Of a DNA stretch of 64,000 nt, positions 55,643 through 64,000 are shown piece by piece. Made by a program: the position numbers and the translations under genes. The number at the start of each line of letters is the position of its first letter. Within the stretch, counting starts at the first letter, position 1. The notes below the pieces were generated by a model. It was given only the letters and a program-made list of their open reading frames with translations. It made no database searches and was not told where the DNA came from. This stretch comes from Ramazzottius varieornatus (lineage: Eukaryota; Animalia; Tardigrada): NCBI GenBank assembly GCA_001949185.1, contig BDGG01000001.1, positions 9,182,464 through 9,246,463 on the forward strand, in the 5' to 3' direction.

Positions 55643-56263
55643 GTGGACTGCTGAAGAAGAGGCAAGGCGTCTGGAGCTCGTCTAAAAGGTATACCATAAG
55701 ATACGTAAAGAGGGACTGTGCTGACAAAGCACGGGCAGCACTTTCTGGACCAGCCGTAATTTAAACTTCATTTTGCTATACTCATCACGTTAGATTGTTG
55801 GCGGGTAGGGGAAAAGTTTCCATATCAACAGCAGGAAGAGGCAGACGTGCCTTCCAGCCCAATGGTTTCGAGCACCATTCCCCTCTGTTCTCGGAAAACC
55901 AACCACAATTCTAACTTTCGACCGATGGCCATCATGGGCGAGTACGGCCTTTTCCTGCGAAGCTACCATTCAAATTTTATGACAGGAAGATACCACTAAG
56001 TACTAGTGAGTAACTTTGCGCCAAAGGCAGCCAGTATTTCGTCTGACCAGTACGAATGCCGGCATTTCCGCTTAGCGCTTCTTGTAGCTTTGAACGGAAC
56101 TTTACTTTACTGTACGTACAAGAGTAAAAGCGTGAAACGGCTATGCAGCGTGCAACAGAAGACGTGACCGTCCTGCCGGAGTCTCAGAAGCCAGAGTATT
56201 ACAGAGAACCCAAAAATACCAAAAAGAGTTTGTTATTGTAGAGATCAGTGGGAAGTGGTTTCC

Positions 56264-57860
56264 CTAGCGTCGTCCGTACTGTGTGCCGGAGGAGGTTCCG
56301 TAGCTGGAGGTGATGGGCCGTGTCATGTATGATCCTCCACTTTGTCCATATCCTCCGCCGCCGCTACCGTAGCTCGGCGTGATGGACACTTGCATGCTGT
56401 AACCAGTTCCCGTGTTACCGTAGCTAGAAAAGATTAGAATGGTGTCAATTCAATTGCAATTTTCTTCAAGTGACCAATAAAAAAAGAGTGATTGAGGCAT
56501 AGGGCGCATACCTTCCAAGACCACCTCCGTAGCCCGTCGAGGCACCGCCGTAACCGCCACCGGTACTGCCGTATCCACCCGTCATGCCACCATAGCCACC
56601 CGTGCTTACTCCGCCGCCATATCCCCCGGTTTGTCCACCATAACCTCCCGAAGAAACTCCTCCGTAACCTGCGCCGCTGCTCCCATAACCTCCCACAGCT
56701 CCACCATACCCACCGCCCATCATACCGCCGTATCCTCCCGAGCTTCCTCCATAGCCGCCAGACTGTCCACCATAGCCTGCCGACATTTGTCCATAGCCAC
56801 CGCCCCCCGAGTTTCCTCCGTAGCCCGACTGCATGCCGTAGCCGCCCATCTGTCCGCCATATCCTCCTCCCAGTCCGCCGCCACCATAACTCGTGCCCTG
56901 CCCTCCGTAACCTCCGCCCGATCCTCCATATCCACCCGTCTGTCCCCCACCGTATCCTCCAACCATGCCTGTCGAGCCATAGCCTGCGGACTGCCCTCCA
57001 TACCCTCCGCCAGAACCTCCTCCGTATCCTCCTGTGTTGCCAACTGAACCATATCCGCCACTTTGGCCACCGTATCCGCCCATCATGGAACCGCCATATC
57101 CTCCAGATGTTCCTCCATATCCACCGCTGCTTCCTCCGTAGCCACCGCTCTGGCCATAACCACCACTCATACCACCGTATCCTCCTGTCCCAAACCCTCC
57201 GCCATATCCACCGCTCTGGCCACCGTAACCTCCATAGCCTCCTCCCAGACCGCCACCACCGTAGCTCGAAGAACCGCCGTATCCCGTGCTGACGCCTGTT
57301 GAGCCGTAACTGTTTAGACCAGACGATCCAAATCCCCTATAAACAACACATTGATATTTTTCTTGAATAATTTTCTCCAATTTTCGTCGTTGACGGGTTG
57401 AAGAAAATCTCAGTCAAATTAAGCCAAATCAGAAAGATAAGAAATGTCCGAAATACAGTCCAGTTCTATGCTAGCCAAGACTTATACATCCTGAGAAACA
57501 TAGAGTCGAACTCTGTGCGCCATGAAGGCTCCCTGACATTCATTAATTTGTCTTGTGGAATCTAATATTAATAACAATATGAAAAGCAAGCAAGATTAAA
57601 GTCTTACCCTCCGCCGCCACCATAGCTGGCGCCAGTGCTCCCATAGCTGAAACAGATCAAAGAGTATAGTTTGACTGTATGATAAGACAAGCCGCATTAT
57701 GTAACGTTTTCGTTTCAGGTAGTGGGGCCGGGAGAGCAGACTGAGGAACGAACCTTTGGCCTCCTCCGGATCCGTAGGTACTTCCGGTCTGACCATACTG
57801 CGCTGTGGTCGGCGATACTAACAAGTACAAGGCCGTGGAAAATATCAGCCTGTATTCCAT
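56264..57860 (-). CDS. secreted Gly/Tyr-rich (GGYG repeat) structural protein, cuticle/eggshell-like, 4 exons
   Basis: Signal peptide MEYRLIFSTALYLLVSPTTA-Q, dozens of GGYGG repeats, phase-2 GT-AG introns, ends QYGRR*. Confidence 0.85.
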
Positions 57861-59217
57861 TCCGATATTAGAGCTGCCCAGATGCTGCCTGATCAAGTCT
57901 GGTGATAGTGAAGGAGGCAAGAACCAGGAAGTAGACGTGCGTCTTGGTTGTCGATATGGAAATGTAAAGTGAGCAGCCGGCGACTTATGCGATTGACCGG
58001 ATATAAGAAATTTATATGGAGAGGGTAATGATGGGTAATATTTGGAAATTATGTATGTCGGTAGTGTGCAGCGTGCGGGAGGTATTGACGAGAGCGAGCT
58101 GGACAGCGGACAATCTGTATGCACAGACTGGGTGTTAGCTCTTCTCTGCTCTCTCACAGCTGACAACAAATGTACCGCGCTTGTCAACAAGCCCGGTTGC
58201 ATCGTGGCCTCCTTTGAGACGCACAAGACCTCACGGCAGACGGACAGCACAAGGCACAAGCATCCATTCTGAGAAACGAGCCGCAAAATAGAAATTAAAA
58301 TGTCGTCCGAAGCAGCCAAGAACCCTTCGGTGGACTATAATGGTACATCATCCATCACAGAAGCTTCACTGTCAAGTGTGTACATGCTCTCTTGTTTCAT
58401 GTTGATATATATTACGTATCACTGCACACACATTGTGATGATGCGCCTTTAGAAGTTTGTTAGCTCCATGATTATGCCTGTGATACCGCGCATATGAATT
58501 CAAGATGTCAACATCAACGTTCGGCTACTGTAGAACTATGCCACGTCACCGTGTTGAATATGTTCGTCACTTGTTCGACCTTTGGTTGACTGTTGAATAC
58601 GTTTCTCTTGACCAAGCCTTCTCAGCATTACGACACGAGCCGTTTCTACTGAGATTCAGTTATCGGTTCTACTCTTCGGGCTCGCCGAAAATATAGGCTG
58701 TTTTCTGTTCCGGAACTCCCACCCACCACATCATTAAGACACGTGATGTCAGGTTTTATACAGGAGCTGCACAGAAAGACGATTGATCGATGTTGGTTTT
58801 AAGAGCATCAGTTTCGGCTTATAGTTTAATCGGTCATCTTCACAACTTACGCATAAGCTTATCCTCTCGAGTGAGGCTTAAGGGATCACCAAGACGAAAG
58901 CAAGTTCTGGGTCATGTGCACAAGCTAATAAGTGTTTTTTTTGTTGCTTCATTTGGCTAAGGAAGGCTTTTGGTGAAGCTGAGGTACCCTAATTTCGTTT
59001 TATTACTTTTTGTGGTGATTATTTCGTTGTAGCAAAAGTGCGCAATGTCAAGCTTGCTTTGCCTTTTGGTGCTTTGCGAATTTTACACGAAACAAATGCA
59101 GTTGCGAAGAGAATCAAAATACGACAGTGGACAATGAGCCAATGGTCAACGCCATAGTAACTAGTCGCCCAGAACACGATGAAGTCATAACAAGTGCATC
59201 GATGGAATGGGTGGCGT

Positions 59218-60812
59218 TTATTTACGGCCGGGAGCAGGGGTGACGACGGGCCCGGCGGTGGTGGTGATGTTCGTTCCGTTGACAGCCCAATAAGGAGCGT
59301 CCGTGCGGATGTATGGCTATAGAAAGGAAATGGGTTACGAAAATTTCTCCCAAAAGATAGCTGGCAAATTATAGAAGGAGGGAACCGACCTTGAGTCCGA
59401 AGACGAACTCGTTGTCAGCGATGCCACGTTGATTTCCGTAACCGACGTAGCCACCGTTGGCCAAATGCATGCCGTTTGCTCCCACACCGCCTTGACGGGC
59501 AAGATCGGGTGCTCCTCCCTGTCGGGCAGCCTGTCGATGTTTGCCGTGAGTCTTGTGAGCGGCCTGCCTGGAAGATTCCTGGTGAGCGGCAATCAGGGCT
59601 TGCTGGTGAGCCACCTGTTGGGCGTGTTGCTTGGCCTGTTCGGAGGAGACCCAAAAGCATATTCATATCAGAAGTTTCATTCTAGGCTGAAGTTAGGCCA
59701 AGGACCATAAGGCTTTTCTTCGCGCGGATCGGACATTTTATGGACGAACCTGTTGAGCGGCCTGAGGTCCTTGTGCGTGTTGTTGCTCAGCTGCGGGTTG
59801 GGACTGTTGTTGGGCTGCAGCTCCACGGACCTTTCGTTCCGATGGAGCGGCCTGTTGCTGGGCGGCTTCCTGGATGTTCAGGGCCGCTTGACGGGCAGCA
59901 GCCTGTTGGGCAGCGAAATTCTGTTGTGCCATCAGCTGCAATCAATCAATGAGCACTTCGAACAGTAACCAACAGCAACCGTAACCATGCCTAATGGCGA
60001 CCCATGGTAATGGGCTTAGGAAAGCTGCATATCACTAGATATTTCCCTTTTGGGATCAATCGAACAACCCGCCACAAATACAGTATAAATTGATGATTAT
60101 ACAGATTGTACACAAAATTCATACTGTATTTGTCAAGATAACTTCAGACTTGAAAGTTCAATTTCCGTTCCGTTTCTAACTTCTGATGAGGTAATTCACG
60201 TGCCATCAGCTCCTGCCAATTTCAGTGCTGTTGTGTTTGTCGATCTGTATCCAAGTGATTGTAAGTTCTATTCTAATTCATTCCTTGGATACTCACAATT
60301 TTTTTTGAAAAACGGTCTTTAAGAAAGCCCCGAGGGTTCGCTGAGGTCTTCGATCAAAATCGGTAAGTTGACCTATGAAGCTCACAACCAAGTACGAAAT
60401 ATGTGAAAGCCCAGCAAAGACTACTAGCTGGGATAAGTTGATCAAGTAAAATGTAAGAAGAACTTGCCTGTTGGGCCATAGCTTGGTTAGCGGCAGCCTG
60501 GGCTGCGGCTTCCTGCTTGACGGCCTCAAGAGGCATCTGCTGGGCTAGCTGCTGGGCCTGCAGGCGTTCCTGGAGCTGGCGAGCTTCCTCCATCTCCTGC
60601 TCGTAGGCTTGTTGACGGGCGGCCTCCTCCTCGTCATTGCCGTAGTAGTTGCGACCGCGATGTTGTCGGCTCATCCTTCGCTGGTAGGCCAGCTGTCGTT
60701 CGAAATCCTCGTCATCGGAATAGTAATTAGTGTAGGCGGGACCGCTGCCGAAGGCCTGGACGGAAGCGACCAGGGCTACGCCCATAAGGGCGGCCAACAG
60801 CATGACGTGCAT
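59218..60812 (-). CDS. secreted Gln/Ala-rich protein with C-terminal FGL-motif, 4 exons
   Basis: Signal peptide MHVMLLAALMGVALVASVQA; phase-0 introns (first is GC-AG, 60467-59936); ends DNEFVFGLKPYIRTDAPYWAVNGTNITTTAGPVVTPAPGRK*. Confidence 0.8.
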
Positions 60813-61683
60813 GTTTTTTGGGAAAACTGGGAGAACACTCGCGGAGTAATACAGTGCCTTGGCTCTCTATGTGGACTATAGAGGCTAAGGAACAGTCAAC
60901 CTGTCGATGGAGCGCGACTGGAATAGCGTTTAATATGACCGCTCCGAGAGCAACGTAACCTCAACTAATTTGACCAGCACCTGCCATTTCTGCCATTCTT
61001 ATCCTCTTGGCAACACAACACTGCAAATTCCGTTCCTACAGTAATTTACCGGTTATCATCAGCTGAAAGTAACCACTGTCCACCTTCAAGGTCAAACGTA
61101 AAGCAGGGAAAAAGCGACGAGCCTTCGCCGGTACGGCGTCAAGATTTGGGACCCAAGAAGTCTTATTAGACGGTAAATAGTACGATCGAAGGTTCGGCCC
61201 CTGGTCTAGTTAAGCCACAGTCCAAACAGGTGTCATCGAAATGGCAAGTGGACGTCCAAACGGAAAAAGACCGTTTTAGTGGTGAGCGACCTTCCAAACA
61301 AATTTCTCTGTGAGTTGCTTGGCCCATTAGTTGCAGCTATCAGCTTGATGCAGTGGAAAAAAGGGATCGAGCTTTTCGCGGGGCAAAACTTCCGCGATCG
61401 GCTGGCGAGACTTGAATCTGGCTTTCTATCACTACAAACGGCAGACTTTACAGCCTGCTGTGTCGACATTGATTCTTCCGCAGCTGACTTATTACACATT
61501 CAGATAACTTTTATTTCAATACTCAACAACGTTCACTAGTCTCGACGATCGACTCACTCAAAGCACAGAACAATTCTAGCCTTATAACGTACCAAACCTA
61601 CACAACCAGCATTTCGAACGCTTGAAGAACTCCATTGCAAGCTCTGAACGAAAGAAACTGCCGGGACTCGAGGACAACGGATA

Positions 61684-62061
61684 CTAGGGTGTTTTAACGG
61701 TGATGGAAGGAGTGGTGGAATTCTGGTCAAAGGTCTTTACGAAAGGCATGAGGCCAAAGATGTAGTCCATGTCGGTCATAGGGTTAAAGGCTTGTCGCAT
61801 CATCTTCGGAGCTTGCTGACGGACTGGCTCATCTTTCGACAAAGCTAAAGGGTGCACAATATACTTATGAGAAAATCAGATATGCTGTGATGGATGGCCA
61901 AGCTGGCCAGGGCGTCAGTTACACTGACCGCGCTGTCGTCTCCAGTTGGGTCCTTTGGTTCCCATGTAGATGTCGCTGCGCCAGTCTCTGCATAACAGAC
62001 CGTCCCAGCACAAGCCGAGGCATACGATGCCCAGCAGTAACGATACTTGGCTAACTGACAT
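61684..62061 (-). CDS. small secreted precursor (97 aa) with RRQR site and C-terminal FGL-motif, 2 exons
   Basis: Signal peptide MSVSQVSLLLGIVCLGLCWDGLLC; phase-1 GT-AG intron 61928-61845; ends DMDYIFGLMPFVKTFDQNSTTPSITVKTP*. Confidence 0.75.
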
Positions 62062-64000
62062 TGCTGCACTTGACAAATATTCGGAAGAAGAAAGGAGTAC
62101 GCGATAAACCAACAGTGTGCGAAGGAAGCCCGGAATATGAATGCTCTTCTAAAGCGGCTTCAGTGCTGGTGCCAAAACTCTAAATGCTGTGACAATTTTA
62201 GAGCCAGGTTCCTCGAACAAGGGAGGTTCTTGAAAAATTGGTTTCCTGGGAACACTAGTGACGTAATATTAAACTTTCCCGGTGAAGGTAAATGTTCAGG
62301 TTTAGAGAGATGACTTTGACCAGTCAGCCGCGCGCACAGGGTCCGAGTGATTCTAGCACGGTCAACCGAAAAATGGCCCCCGCTGCGTACGAAAGCACGC
62401 GGCTGACGCTGGTGGATTTGTGTTGAATGTGAAGTGTTGATTGATACTGTACTATGAAGTGCTGTATTCAGCCTGACGTTGAAGGAAGGCTGAATATAGC
62501 AGAAGCGAGCACAAAGGCCAACGAACGGCTAAACTAAAATTAAACCGGTGATAGAAAGGTGGTGTAACAGCAGCCGGTTTGACTTTGCTCTTCACGTGGA
62601 AGACTACCAAGAAAGTTGAGGCAGTTCTTGGCAAAGGACGGATGTGGTCATGCAGACAGCGCGCATCACGCGTTCTTCGTGTATACAGCAAACTGAGCAA
62701 AGTACTTTCTACACAGGAAGTCTTCTGTTTTCAAGACCGAGAATGTACTTTGTTGCCGACTCAAAGTTAAACAGCAACAGCTGATTTGCAACATTTCCAG
62801 CTCTGCTCACAGCATCACGCCGCATTGCCGCGTTTCCCGAAGGACCATGAATGGCCTGTTTGTGATTTCCTGATCGCGGAAGTGTGTCCCTGACCGGGAA
62901 AGGATCTGCATCTGGAGGAGGGAGATGCATGTGAGGAAGCCGGAATTTCTACCCAGAGTATCGAAAAGTCAGCTGGAAGTGGCGGACTGCACGGAAGTGC
63001 CCTTCATCATCAATGCCGATCGCAGTCATGCTCTACGGAGCATGCGTTCGGTCTCACTAGCTGGCCCTGAGCATCCCGAACTGATGACCAAGCTCCTTTC
63101 TCGACGACAGAGTCTCTATGTGCCACCTCTCCAGTTCGGTGACTTGGGTCGGGACTTCCATCCCAGTACAAACAGCAGTCCGCCACCTGATCGCAAGCCA
63201 ACGCCGTCCTAATGAATTAATTCCTTTCTTATAAGACGCACTGAAGAGCAGACATGATCTTTTCGATTCTGTTATAATTGTACTGTACAGAGTTCCTGAT
63301 ATTCGGACATTTATGAGAGATTTCGTCAGCTAGCTGTACACTAGCTGTACTGCGTAGGTGGTGTCGTTGCTTGACCTTTTTGTGGGAAACTGGCTGCGTG
63401 TATGGTGTTTTCTGCAACCTTCCATTTCGCAATTGTAGAATTGTAGATTAACATTTGATTTATTATTACCTGTACAAACGTTACAAAGCTGATTTTACGC
63501 AAGAGCTTTCACGGACAGTTCATAGTCTAGAAAGATAAGAAATAAAAAAAGGAGCGTTACTCAGAAATTGTGCTGTAGAAAGATTGGTCCTGATTAACTG
63601 GCAAAAGTCAGAAAAAGAGAAAAAGAGAAACGTACAAAAAGAGCAGATTCCAAGAGTCATGAAAGGCCAGCCAAGAGTGTGGCCACATGATGTAATACAA
63701 GGAAACAGAGTGTTCAACCAGGAAGGAACACATGACAGCACACAGCATAATCTAGTCGGATATTTGGATATATAGTCACAAATACGTGTATTGTAGTAGG
63801 AGGAACCGGGTTGAGTGGCGTCACCATCTTGCATACAGTCTTCAATCACCGGTGGGCTTGGTCCACGGGTTGCTGGTCAGATATCGACATATCCGCAGAG
63901 AATCAAAAAGATCCGCACAAATTGAGCAGGAAAAGGAGAGAGAGAGGAAAACACAGGACTATATCCAATTACAACCAACAAGAACGTCAAAGAAGGCGAA

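Noticed and set aside
56492-57302. Long plus-strand His/Arg/Pro-rich ORFs
   Set aside because: Antisense shadows of the GGY-repeat exon
59380-61770. Allatostatin-A precursor call for the FVFGL / YIFGL motifs
   Set aside because: Single copy per gene, no following Gly plus dibasic site, so no FGL-amide can be produced
62925-63849. ORFs 62925-63212 (+) and 63520-63849 (-)
   Set aside because: No recognisable domain or supportable exon chain; may be terminal exons of genes that cannot be resolved in this window

Overview
Gene-dense eukaryotic (animal) genomic DNA with compact genes and many short introns (mostly about 45-130 nt). The gene style and the dynamin sequence suggest a small-genome ecdysozoan such as a tardigrade; this is an inference and was not verified. 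I spliced the genes by eye. Conserved genes: FAM92/CIBAR, neuroguidin, an STK16-like probable pseudokinase, mitochondrial MetAP1D, a divergent eIF4E, a DGAT2/MOGAT acyltransferase, classical dynamin and a Ly6/three-finger protein. Apparently lineage-specific genes: a large LDLa-EGF/SEA transmembrane mucin, an AT-hook protein with five exon-encoded double zinc-finger modules, a DxD-motif type II membrane protein, and several secreted low-complexity proteins. Mobile DNA: a 1.09-kb Tc1/mariner-type non-autonomous element with perfect TIRs, a decayed CGGBP1-like hAT transposase and a LINE ORF1-like relic. The highlight is a cluster at 45.8-49.5 kb that the ORF track misses: a three-exon, 43-aa, 42%-Arg protamine-like gene, a Lys-rich basic paralog with the same exon layout, and a histone H2A pseudogene. 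Also notable are a tandem pair of secreted precursors sharing a D-x-[DE]-[FY]-[VI]-FGL-x-P-[FY]-[IV]-[RK]-T motif, four GC-AG introns and one apparent GT-TG intron.
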